In this document: positions 1 to 9,119 of the stretch, one piece after another | Numbering within the stretch: position 1 is the first letter of the stretch | Layout: the number at the start of each line of letters is the position of its first letter | NCBI GenBank assembly: GCA_012520995.1 | Contig: JAAYNI010000071.1 | Location: 1,224 to 65,223, forward strand | Direction: 5' to 3' | Source: Candidatus Rifleibacteriota bacterium | GTDB taxonomy: Bacteria; Muiribacteriota; Ozemobacteria; Ozemobacterales; Ozemobacteraceae | DNA: 64,000 bases | Program-made: the position numbers and the translations under genes | Notes under the pieces: generated by a model | What the model saw: only the letters and a program-made list of their open reading frames with translations | The model's database searches: none | What the model was told of the DNA's origin: nothing

Positions 1-80
1 GCTTTAATGTGACTCCTAAAAAAATGTAAGCTGCCATTTATCAAATAACTTTGCTAAAAAGCTCTTTTCATCAGAGACAT

Positions 81-121
81 GAGTAAAATCTTAGTTAATT
101 CTATTGCCTAAGATTTTACTC
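81..121. repeat. Perfect 14-bp inverted repeat (GAGTAAAATCTTAG / CTAAGATTTTACTC), 13-nt loop
   Basis: Arms at 81-94 and 108-121, read directly; function unknown. Confidence 0.7.
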
Positions 122-272
122 GATTTTTACCCTTTAAAAAACTACATAAGTAATGGCAAAGCAATTATTAGGTACAGCAATTGAGTCTAAATAATTACAC
201 TGTCCACCGCCCACTGACAACAGATCACTGTTTGTACTTGTGCACATGCCTGCCTTATGCTATAGATAATGC

Positions 273-2453
273 GTGGAAGTTGAAAGCATTACAGCAAAAA
301 TAGAGCGTATAACTTTTTATAACGAGGCCAGCGGCTATTATGTTTTAAAGGCCGTTTCAGACGATGTTACTGGCGAATTCACTTTAGTTGGCAATTTTGG
401 CTATGTGCATCCTGGTGAGGAACTTCGTGTACACGGTCTTTGGGTGACTCATCCTACATTCGGAAATCAATTTCGCGCTCTTCGCTTTAACCTTCTAAAG
501 CCTAACACTCTGGCAGGTATAAAGAACTTTCTTGGTTCAGGCAAGTTTAAGGGTATAGGTAAGAGTACAGCAGCTAAACTGGTTGACTGTTTTGGAATAG
601 ACACGCTTGAAATTATAGAGAAAAATCCTGAGCGTTTGATGGAATGTCCAGGTATAGGCAGCCGTAAAATGGAAACCATTATGAAAGGCTGGAATGTGCA
701 ACGTTCTTTGCAGGATGTGATGGTGTTTTTACAGGGTTACGGACTTTCTTCGGCTTATGCGTTCAAAATTTATAAAAAACTTGGGCGTGAAGCATACAAA
801 AAGCTTTCAGAAAATCCATACATTCTCTCTTATGAGATTCCGGGAACAGGCTTTAAAAAAGCGGACAATATAGCTAAAGAATTCGGCATTTCCGGGAATG
901 ATCCCAGACGCATTGAGGCAGCCTTGATGTATGTAGCTGACAAGGCTATGAAGTCGGGCCACCTTTATTCTGAACGAGAGCGTCTCCTTGCGGTCTGCAA
1001 TAAGCTCCTTGAGGCACCGGCATCGGAAGTTGATAAGATTGAGAGAGCTTTGCATAACTTGGCTTTACGCGGCAAGATAAAGCTTGTTGAAAGTGAGGGC
1101 AAACAGCTTTGCTATCTGCCTTCCGCTTATGCTGCTGAATTCAATGCTGCTGCTCTTGTTAATAATAGACTGAGAGTTTCCTCTGCGATTTCGCGAGAAA
1201 CCTTGTTAAAGGTTTTTGACTCTCCGGCATTTTCGGAGGTATTTTGTCTTTCCGATGCACAAAAAGCGGCTGTCGAGCTGACTCTTAAAGAGAGTTTTAC
1301 TATAATAACAGGAGGGCCTGGAACAGGCAAAACCACAGTACTTAAAGCGGTTTCTTTTTCTCATAAGCTTTTAGGCAAAAAGGTGCTTTTGGCTGCGCCT
1401 ACTGGCAGAGCTGCTAAGCGTTTGGCTGAGGTTTCCGGCGAAGAGACTTTCACTTTGCATCGTCTCTTGGAGTTTAATCCTGAAACAGGCCATTTCAGTC
1501 GCACTCAGGAGCGGCCTTTGGAGGCGGATACCCTTATAATAGATGAAGCTTCAATGGTAGATGCCTTCTTGTTTGCCTCGATTCTTAAGGCTTTGCCTCT
1601 CTCGGCTTCATTAGTTTTTGTAGGAGATGCCGATCAGCTTCCCTCTGTTGGGCCGGGAGCAGTCTTGGGAGAGCTTTTGGCATCGGGCGCTGTTCCGGCT
1701 TTTAGACTGAAAGAAGTTTTTCGTCAGGTAGCCGATTCAGATATAATTATAAACAGTCACCTGATTAACAATGGACGTATGCCAAACCTTAGAATACCTG
1801 ACGGAAATACCAAAACTGACTGTTATTTTATTCCGGAGGAAACAGAGCAGGATCTTTTGGATAAGCTGGTTAACGTTGTTCAGAGGAGTTTGCCTAAATC
1901 TTTCGGGTTTGTTCCTTCAAAAGATATTCAGGTTATAACTCCGACTAATAAGGGAAATTTAGGTGTGGCAGCTTTGAATGTTTTGCTGCAGGCTGCTGTA
2001 AATCCTCCTTCACTTGAAAAGGAAGAATTTGCCCATTTAGAGAGAATTTTTCGACAAGGGGATAAGGTTATACAATTAAAAAACAATTATGACCTTAACA
2101 TTTTTAATGGAGATATGGGAATCGTAGTTGAGGTGAATTCAGATGACAACGAACTCACAGTAGATTTCGATGATGTCACGGTTACCTTGGATTCAGGCGA
2201 TTTGCCGGATTTATCTCACGCTTATGCTGTAACTGTCCATAAAGCGCAGGGCAGTGAGTATCCTGCGGTAGTTTTTGTAGCTTCAACATCTCACTTTGTC
2301 ATGTTGGAGAGAAACTTGCTCTATACAGCTTTAACCAGGTCTAAAAAAACTATTGTAATAATAGGGCAAAAGCGGGCGATTGAGATGGCTGTAAATAACA
2401 ATCGCATAAAAAAACGCAATACATTGCTTTCAAAGCTTGTAAAGTCTCCATAA
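273..2453 (+). CDS. recD2: ATP-dependent RecD-like DNA helicase (RecD2, SF1B)
   Basis: N-terminal IERITFYNE region, HhH motifs (KGIGKSTA, PGIGSRK), Walker A GGPGTGKTT, IIDEASM, VGDADQLPSVGPG, AYAVTVHKAQGSEY, LLYTALTR; GTG start. Confidence 0.95.
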   Translation: MEVESITAKIERITFYNEASGYYVLKAVSDDVTGEFTLVGNFGYVHPGEELRVHGLWVTHPTFGNQFRALRFNLLKPNTLAGIKNFLGSGKFKGIGKSTAAKLVDCFGIDTLEIIEKNPERLMECPGIGSRKMETIMKGWNVQRSLQDVMVFLQGYGLSSAYAFKIYKKLGREAYKKLSENPYILSYEIPGTGFKKADNIAKEFGISGNDPRRIEAALMYVADKAMKSGHLYSERERLLAVCNKLLEAPASEVDKIERALHNLALRGKIKLVESEGKQLCYLPSAYAAEFNAAALVNNRLRVSSAISRETLLKVFDSPAFSEVFCLSDAQKAAVELTLKESFTIITGGPGTGKTTVLKAVSFSHKLLGKKVLLAAPTGRAAKRLAEVSGEETFTLHRLLEFNPETGHFSRTQERPLEADTLIIDEASMVDAFLFASILKALPLSASLVFVGDADQLPSVGPGAVLGELLASGAVPAFRLKEVFRQVADSDIIINSHLINNGRMPNLRIPDGNTKTDCYFIPEETEQDLLDKLVNVVQRSLPKSFGFVPSKDIQVITPTNKGNLGVAALNVLLQAAVNPPSLEKEEFAHLERIFRQGDKVIQLKNNYDLNIFNGDMGIVVEVNSDDNELTVDFDDVTVTLDSGDLPDLSHAYAVTVHKAQGSEYPAVVFVASTSHFVMLERNLLYTALTRSKKTIVIIGQKRAIEMAVNNNRIKKRNTLLSKLVKSP

Positions 2454-2557
2454 ATTCATCATAATATTAATAATTGAGGATGCTAATCTAAGAAAAATTG
2501 TTATTATTAACGATAGTTCTGTACGGAATTTAAAAATACAAAGAGAGCAGGTTTAGG

Positions 2558-3646
2558 ATGGCTGATTTCAAGCAGGTTTGTGAAGCGGCAAAAAAAATAA
2601 AGGCTTCAGACGTTCATATAGTAAGCGATGAGCAAATTTATTGCCGTGTCAATGGTAAGATTGTGCCTCTTCCCGATATGCTAATGTCACAAAAAGAAGT
2701 GAAACAAAGCATTTTGGATACTAGTTCGCCTAAAGCCTTGGCAATTTTAGGCAAACAAAAGCATGTTACCTATGCGGCAGATATTGAGGACATAGGCAAG
2801 GTGCGTTTCGCTCTTTATTTTAACAGGCAGGAATTTGCGCTTTCAGCCAGATTTATTCCGGATGATTTAACAAAAATGTTAGGTCTTTTGCCTAATCCGC
2901 AAATTGAGAGCTTCTTGGATCAAAACAGAGGCTTGATACTTGTCGGAAGTCCTTCGGGTGAAGGTAAAAGCACTACTGTGGCTTCTATGCTCAATTATAT
3001 TAATAACAAGCATGACAGGCTCATTTTTACAGTAGAGAACCCTGTGGAATATGTTCATAAAGATAATCGCTCAACATTTATTCAGCGCAGTATACCTATC
3101 GATATTGTGGACTTTTATGACGGTTTAAGCGAAGCCGCAAGGATTGCTCCTGATATAGTAGTGACCGACTCAATTTCTTATGATGACGCTTTTGATCAAG
3201 CCTTGACTCTCTCTGAGTCAGGTTGCATGGTAATAGCTCTTACAGAAGGCGGAGATTGCCAGCAAATTATTGAAAGAGTAATTAAATCCCGAAAAATAGA
3301 AGATCAAGCGAGTTTTCGCAGCAGGCTTGCTACTCAGCTTATGCTTACTGTAGGCCAGCGTCTATGCCCTATGGCTGTATCTTCCATGACACGGGTTCCC
3401 ATTTTTGATATTATGGAAAATACTCAGCAGTCCAAGATTTTTATCAGAAATGACAACCTCACAATGTTCCGCACGGTTCAGCAAGAACATGAACGTGCAG
3501 CATCAGGGGGGAGAACTGACACTTTGGCTAGAACCTTTGACAAACAGCTTCAGACTTTGCTCGCGGAAGGCAAGATAACCAGAGAGACGGCTTATGACTT
3601 GGCTGTTAATAAACAATCCTTCCCTTTGCCTAAGAAAGGGGTGTAA
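2558..3646 (+). CDS. PilT/PilU-family ATPase-like protein with degenerate Walker B and His box
   Basis: ASDVHI N-terminus, Walker A GSPSGEGKST, Asp box TVENPVEY; PDIVVTDS where DPDVILVGE is expected; ESGCMV where ETGHLV is expected. Confidence 0.85.
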   Translation: MADFKQVCEAAKKIKASDVHIVSDEQIYCRVNGKIVPLPDMLMSQKEVKQSILDTSSPKALAILGKQKHVTYAADIEDIGKVRFALYFNRQEFALSARFIPDDLTKMLGLLPNPQIESFLDQNRGLILVGSPSGEGKSTTVASMLNYINNKHDRLIFTVENPVEYVHKDNRSTFIQRSIPIDIVDFYDGLSEAARIAPDIVVTDSISYDDAFDQALTLSESGCMVIALTEGGDCQQIIERVIKSRKIEDQASFRSRLATQLMLTVGQRLCPMAVSSMTRVPIFDIMENTQQSKIFIRNDNLTMFRTVQQEHERAASGGRTDTLARTFDKQLQTLLAEGKITRETAYDLAVNKQSFPLPKKGV

Positions 3647-3649
3647 TAA

Positions 3650-4699
3650 ATGGAAGTAGTCAAGCTTATAGAAAAGGTTTATACGGCAGGCGGCAATGAG
3701 CTTCATTTGAAAGTGGGCACTAAGCCCATGATGAGGCGCAACAAACATTTAATACAGCTGGATGTTCCTGTATTGGTTGAAGATGACATGAAACATCTTT
3801 TCAATGACCTTTTAAAGGATGATCACCGCAAAGAATTTGAAGAGGAAAGTTTTTTAGAGTTAAACTTCTGGGACAACAAACCTTGTAATTACAGACTTTC
3901 TTTGTTTCGCTCTCAAGGAACCACAGTTGCTACTATAAAGCTTATTGAAAGCGAAGTCCCGTCTATTGATAAGTTGCAGTTTCCTCAGAGCATTGTATCC
4001 TTGCTTTCAGCTCGACAAGGGCTTCTGATATTTGCAGGACCTACTCGCTCTGGTATAACAACATTGATGGCTAGTGCTATTCAACATATAAATGAAACTT
4101 CTGAGCGCCACATACATATAATAGAAGATCCTGTTGAATATCGTTACAAAAACGATAAAAGCTATATTTCACAGCGCCAGCTTGGCAAAGACCTTTTGGT
4201 TATTGAGCAAGGCATCAACTTTGCAAAGCGCATGGACGTAGATGTTTTGGTCATAGGCGATATTAAACGTGAAATTCCTTTTTTCAACATTATTGAGTAT
4301 ATGATGGGCGGCCATATGGTGATACTCTGTATGCCGACTTTGGGTGTTACAACTACCTTGGAGAAATTTGTTTACTCATTTGATGAATCCAGAAGAAATT
4401 ACATATATCACGCGCTTTCAGAACATCTCTTGGCTGTTATGTCTCAAGGCTTGATAGAGAACAGAATGAAAAGCGGAGTTGTTCCTGTTCACGAACTCCT
4501 GCTCTGCAATACTATTACCACTGATATATTCTCAAAAGGAAAACTTGCTCAAATAGAACCCAACATGAGATCTGCTGGACCTGGAAGCGTTACCTTCGCA
4601 GAAACGGTTAAAAGGCTGATTACTCAAGGCACTATATCTGAGGCGGAGGGAAACACCTTCTTGGGCGAAGTGCGTAATTCGCGGCAGAATAGACCTTAA
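3650..4699 (+). CDS. PilT/PilU-family ATPase-like protein lacking the Walker A lysine
   Basis: ELHLKVG..PMMR N-terminus, GPTRSGITT (K to I), IIEDPVEY, ISQRQLG, DVDVLVIGD, GHMVI. Confidence 0.85.
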   Translation: MEVVKLIEKVYTAGGNELHLKVGTKPMMRRNKHLIQLDVPVLVEDDMKHLFNDLLKDDHRKEFEEESFLELNFWDNKPCNYRLSLFRSQGTTVATIKLIESEVPSIDKLQFPQSIVSLLSARQGLLIFAGPTRSGITTLMASAIQHINETSERHIHIIEDPVEYRYKNDKSYISQRQLGKDLLVIEQGINFAKRMDVDVLVIGDIKREIPFFNIIEYMMGGHMVILCMPTLGVTTTLEKFVYSFDESRRNYIYHALSEHLLAVMSQGLIENRMKSGVVPVHELLLCNTITTDIFSKGKLAQIEPNMRSAGPGSVTFAETVKRLITQGTISEAEGNTFLGEVRNSRQNRP

Positions 4700-5547
4700 T
4701 GCTTAAAGCTCTTTATTTTGAGACTAACAAAGCAGACGGTTCTGTTAACTGTCTGCTTTGTCCGCATAAATGCAAAATTTTACCAGGCAAAAAAGGTTTT
4801 TGCGGTGTAAGAACTAATATAGGCGGCGAACTCTTTTCTTTGGTTGACAGAGTTTATTCTGGAATAGCTTATGATCCTATTGAGAAGAAACCTCTTTATA
4901 GATTTCATCCAGGCAGCCGTATATTTTCTATTGGCAGTTTTGGATGTACCTTGAGGTGTGATTTTTGTCAGAACTGGCATCTGCTTAATTTGCCTGAAAG
5001 AGCTCCATTACAGGATGACGATGCTATTTTGCAAGCGGCTGCACAGGAAGGTTCCATAGGCATAGCCTATACTTATAACGAGCCGACAGTAAGCTATGAA
5101 ACAGTTTTAAGGCTCTCCAAAAAAGCAAGGGAGAGGGGACTTGTAAATGTGCTTATCACAAACGGTTATATCAACCCGGAGCCATTTACAGAGCTTCTTA
5201 AGTATATTGATGCTGCCAATATTGATATTAAGGCGTTTAATAACGAATATTACAAAAAGTTTTGCAAGGGCGAACTTGAACCTGTTAAAGAGAACGTGAG
5301 AATAGCTTCAAAAATGGTACATCTTGAGATTACCACTTTGCTGACAGGCGAAAACAACTCAGCTCCAGATGAAATAGAGGCCTTAGCTAAATTTTTGGCT
5401 GATTTAGACGAGAATATTCCGTTGCATTTGAGCAGATACTTTCCTGCTTACAAAATGACTGAACCGCCGACAGATATTAAGCTGATGCTGAGAGCAAAAG
5501 AAATTGCGTCTCAGCATCTCAAGCATGTTTATTTGGGCAACGTATAG
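4699..5547 (+). CDS. amrS: AmmeMemoRadiSam system radical SAM enzyme
   Basis: CLLCPHKC...GFCGVR, DPIEKKPLYRFHPG, CxxxCxxC (CTLRCDFC), AYTYNEP, LHLSRYFP, C-terminal VYLGNV. Confidence 0.9.
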   Translation: MLKALYFETNKADGSVNCLLCPHKCKILPGKKGFCGVRTNIGGELFSLVDRVYSGIAYDPIEKKPLYRFHPGSRIFSIGSFGCTLRCDFCQNWHLLNLPERAPLQDDDAILQAAAQEGSIGIAYTYNEPTVSYETVLRLSKKARERGLVNVLITNGYINPEPFTELLKYIDAANIDIKAFNNEYYKKFCKGELEPVKENVRIASKMVHLEITTLLTGENNSAPDEIEALAKFLADLDENIPLHLSRYFPAYKMTEPPTDIKLMLRAKEIASQHLKHVYLGNV

Positions 5548-6701
5548 AATGGCGACATCTCGCGTAAAGATTGAATTACGCTTGGAATATGCTCTATAGC
5601 GTAGTCTATCTCTTCTTCGGTAGTAAACTTGGAGAGAGAAAGTCTCAGGGAGCCATGAATGAAAGAGTAGGGGAGTTTCATAGCTGTAAGCACATGGGAA
5701 GGATCCAAACTTCCGCTTGCGCAAGCTGAACCTGTGCTTCCTGCTATGCCCAATTCGCTGAGTTTCAGAAGGATTGCTTCGCCTTCTACAAATTCGAATG
5801 CCAAATTGGTGGTGTTTGGCAGTCTGTTGGGTACATTTCCATTAATCTTGGTATTCGAAATCTGCTTTACAAGAGCTTGTTCGAGTTTGTTTCTCAATGC
5901 GGAAATCTTCTGCAAGGAGCCGTCTTTAAGTTCTTGTCCAGCTTCTTGGCAAGCTTGTCCCAGAGCGACTATATAGGGTATGTTTTCTGTGCCTGCTCGC
6001 CTGCCTGATTCTTGATGACCGCCTATGATGAATGGGTGAATTTTGACACCTTCTCTTATATACAGAGCACCGATGCCTTTGGGAGTATGAAGCTTATGGC
6101 CTGAAAGAGAGAGCATACTGACGGGTGTTTTTTGCAGGTCAATAGGTATTTTGCCGACTGCTTGAACTGCATCAGTATGGAAGAGAATTCCTTTTTCTGC
6201 TGCGAATTCGGCTATTTCACGAATCGGATAGATTACCCCGGTTTCGTTGTTAGCGGACATAATAGTAATGAGACCAGTGTTAGTAGTGACAGCTTCTTTC
6301 AGTTTCTCTAAAGATATGTTGCCATTTTGATCAACTGGCAAAAGGGTAAGGGTGCAACCTTTGTTTTTTTCAAGGAACTTTAAAGTCTGTAATACTGCAG
6401 GATGTTCCACAACCGTGCTGATGATATGATTTTTTTTCGGATAAGACTCCAGAAAACCTCTCAGGGCATGGTTGTTAGACTCAGAACCGCAAGAAGTGAA
6501 AATGATTTCAGAGGGCTTTGCATTTAAGAGAGCGGCAACCTGTTCTCGAGCTTTTTTTAGGGCTTTCGCTGCAGGCTCGCCGAAAATGTGCATGGAGCTG
6601 GGATTGCCATAAAATTCATTGAAATAAGGCATCATGGCATCTCTGACAGAGGGAGATGTCATACATGTTGCATTGTTGTCCAAATAGACAAGTTTTTTCA
6701 T
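5529..6701 (-). CDS. nifS: Cysteine desulfurase NifS
   Basis: YLDNNAT, GNPSSMH, FHTDAVQA, PLP lysine SGHK, catalytic STGSACASG; directly downstream of nifU. Confidence 0.95.
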   Translation of the reverse strand: MKKLVYLDNNATCMTSPSVRDAMMPYFNEFYGNPSSMHIFGEPAAKALKKAREQVAALLNAKPSEIIFTSCGSESNNHALRGFLESYPKKNHIISTVVEHPAVLQTLKFLEKNKGCTLTLLPVDQNGNISLEKLKEAVTTNTGLITIMSANNETGVIYPIREIAEFAAEKGILFHTDAVQAVGKIPIDLQKTPVSMLSLSGHKLHTPKGIGALYIREGVKIHPFIIGGHQESGRRAGTENIPYIVALGQACQEAGQELKDGSLQKISALRNKLEQALVKQISNTKINGNVPNRLPNTTNLAFEFVEGEAILLKLSELGIAGSTGSACASGSLDPSHVLTAMKLPYSFIHGSLRLSLSKFTTEEEIDYAIEHIPSVIQSLREMSPFYTLPK

Positions 6702-7546
6702 CTGCGGCTTGCCTCAAAGACTCTCAGTTCTGGGGATATATAGTCTTGAAGCTGTTTTTCTACAAACACCTTCAAAGTTATGAACATGTTTGGGCAGCCA
6801 GAGCAGGCGCCTTTGAATTTGACGTAGACATCGTTGTTTTTTATGTCTACTACTTCTATGTCTCCTCCGTCAGCTTGCAGAGCTGGGGCTATGGCTTGTT
6901 CAATAAAGTCTGATATTTGTTTCATACGTTGGAAAGGTGTAAGCTGTTCGTCCATTTCGTTTCCTTCTGTTGCTTCAGTATTTTTGTTGCCTGTTTCATC
7001 GGCGAGTATTTTGGCTATTTTCTCTTTGCATTGTCCGCAGGCACCGCCGGCTTTTGTATAGTCGGTGACTTCTTCCAAGGTAGTAAGACCGTGCTCTCTG
7101 ATTTGTTCGCGTATTTTCTTTTCTGTGACATTGAAGCAAGTGCAAATTACAGGGCTGTCTTCTGTTGCAACGGTCTCACCTCTGTAGTTGGCGATAGCGG
7201 CCTCAAGAGCTTCTTGTCCCATGACTGAACAATGTATTTTTTGAGCTGGTAGCCCGCCGAGTTGTTTTACTATATCGTCATTTGTGATTTTTTGAGCTTC
7301 GCTGAGTGTCATTCCAGGAAGCATTTCAGTCAAAATCGAAGAGCTGGCTATGGCACTTGCGCAACCGAAAGTCTGGAATGTGGCCTTTTCTATAATTTCT
7401 GTTTCAGGATTTATTTTAAGATAGAGGGTGAGGGCATCACCGCATGCCAATGAGCCTACTTCGCCTATCCCGTTTGCATCAGGCATTTTGCCGACATTTC
7501 TGGGGTTTTTGAAGTGTTCCATTACTTCATCTGTGTAATCCCACAT
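6698..7546 (-). CDS. nifU: Three-domain Fe-S scaffold NifU
   Basis: MWDYTDEVMEHF, ACGD, FGCASAIASSS, KIHCS; central CTCF..ACGQC [2Fe-2S] domain; C-terminal DGGDIE..GACSGC. Confidence 0.95.
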   Translation of the reverse strand: MWDYTDEVMEHFKNPRNVGKMPDANGIGEVGSLACGDALTLYLKINPETEIIEKATFQTFGCASAIASSSILTEMLPGMTLSEAQKITNDDIVKQLGGLPAQKIHCSVMGQEALEAAIANYRGETVATEDSPVICTCFNVTEKKIREQIREHGLTTLEEVTDYTKAGGACGQCKEKIAKILADETGNKNTEATEGNEMDEQLTPFQRMKQISDFIEQAIAPALQADGGDIEVVDIKNNDVYVKFKGACSGCPNMFITLKVFVEKQLQDYISPELRVFEASRR

Positions 7547-7799
7547 ATCTGACTCCTTCCAGCATTTATTGTAAGTTGGTGGTATGTTTGTTTGTCATAT
7601 CTTTAACATCCGCAATATGATAAGTCTATTCAAAAAATACTTCAAGGAAATTTGAATAGCTTTCGAACCATGAAACCCACGAACTAGGGTAGCATGCCTA
7701 AAAACCAAAAACATCTTTAAACCGCAGACCACACAGAATACACGGAAAAGAATAAAATATTTTTCATCCAGTTGATATCAAAATCAGTGACGCGTGGTG

Positions 7800-7862
7800 G
7801 GTGGCGAGCTTAATTAAATTAGAAATTATAAAGTATAAATTAGAAATAACTGTTTAGAACTC
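7800..7862 (+). repeat. 63-bp dispersed intergenic repeat core, copy 1
   Basis: GGTGGCGAGCTTAATTAAATTAGAAATTATAAAGTATAAATTAGAAATAACTGTTTAGAACTC; matches 19827-19889 (60/63) and 23624-23686 (62/63). Confidence 0.95.
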
Positions 7863-7985
7863 AATCGCTGTAAATAATAACAGCTTTTATATGCTGATAA
7901 ACAGCTGAAGCTATGATGTAGAGAAACTAATAATACTTAGGTAGCGTAAATCAAATGGAAAATATTGACAATTGTCCTTTTTATC

Positions 7986-8008
7986 CCCTACACCCTACGC
8001 CCTACGCC
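7986..8008 (-). repeat. Period-7 array (CCCTACA CCCTACG CCCTACG)
   Basis: Reverse complement of the TAGGGNG arrays at 11447, 25578 and 27028. Confidence 0.8.
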
Positions 8009-8180
8009 TCCTCCCTGATTTTAAGCTATGATTAAAATCCCATCTGTGGAAAGAAAAAAATCTGTCCGATAATAAACATTTAGAGAAAACAAAGCACTAG
8101 AAAATAGAGAAGCTACATCTGGTGTTTTTATTAATGATCCTTTATAATTGAAGAGGTAGACTTATTCTTAGGAGAAAGCT

Positions 8181-9086
8181 TTGAAAAGAACTCTGAAACT
8201 TTTGTCTGTTCAAACTGCTCTTGCTTTGTTCTTTTGCGCTGCTTCTAGAGCAGATGCTCAGCTCATTTTGCCAATGCCTGGGCAACAGCAGCAGCCGTCT
8301 TCAGACACTGGAAGCCAGCAGATGCCTCAGCAACAGCGGCAACAACAGCAACAGAGTGGAACTCAAAAACCTGCCTCTGGATACTCTCAGCAGCAACAGC
8401 GATATCAGCAGCAACAACAGCAACAACAGCAACAACAGCGACGGCAGAGTCAACAAGAGAGCAGCAACACAGGCTTGAGTACTTCAAGCGGTCTTTTCTT
8501 GCCCATGCCAGGCATGCCGCAACAGCAGCCTGCTCAAACAAAACCTTCTGGAAAGACAGGAGGTTTCATACCTCCCGCTTATTCTACGACTACAACTCAA
8601 TCTGAACAGATTGCGGAAGAGATTGTTCCTTCTTATTCCGGCTATGGACAAGCTACTTCTCCTCAAAAGCAGGCAGTGACTCCTGAGCAGGAGAAAAAAA
8701 TAGACGAACTGCTAGACTCTCAAATGAAACCGCAAATGGCAGCTGCGGGCAACGAAGAAATAGAAATTTTCCCAAGAGATACAAGCGCAGCTCTTTTCAT
8801 GATGATGAAAACTTGGGAGTGTGAAGATTATGATGCCAGAACTCTTTTGACGCATGCTGTAAAAGTTTATGCAGAGGATGCAGGTGAAACATTCGAAATA
8901 AACTTTCACTTGCCTGCTACGGAGTATCCAAACATTTCCTGTAACGAAGAAGATGTCACTTTAGATGAATTATTGGATGAGGTGACCTCCAGACTTGGAT
9001 ATTCTTGGGGAGCTGATATACCTAATGGCGTGATTCATATTTATCCTGGAGGACTTGTTGCTGAGGATGAATACAGTTTATGGTAA
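8181..9086 (+). CDS. Secreted Gln/Pro-rich protein with a C-terminal STN-like domain
   Basis: SD AGGAG before a TTG start, signal peptide ending ADA, poly-Q tracts; ISCNEEDVTLDELLDEVTSRLGYSW...GVIHIY resembles the secretin/TonB N-terminal short domain. Confidence 0.7.
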   Translation: MKRTLKLLSVQTALALFFCAASRADAQLILPMPGQQQQPSSDTGSQQMPQQQRQQQQQSGTQKPASGYSQQQQRYQQQQQQQQQQQRRQSQQESSNTGLSTSSGLFLPMPGMPQQQPAQTKPSGKTGGFIPPAYSTTTTQSEQIAEEIVPSYSGYGQATSPQKQAVTPEQEKKIDELLDSQMKPQMAAAGNEEIEIFPRDTSAALFMMMKTWECEDYDARTLLTHAVKVYAEDAGETFEINFHLPATEYPNISCNEEDVTLDELLDEVTSRLGYSWGADIPNGVIHIYPGGLVAEDEYSLW

Positions 9087-9119
9087 ACAAAATAATATAG
9101 GATTATTTAAGGAGTGATA

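Noticed and set aside
7572-7600. Possible IscR/Rrf2 operator upstream of nifU
   Set aside because: Only loose similarity, poor symmetry and no Rrf2 gene nearby.
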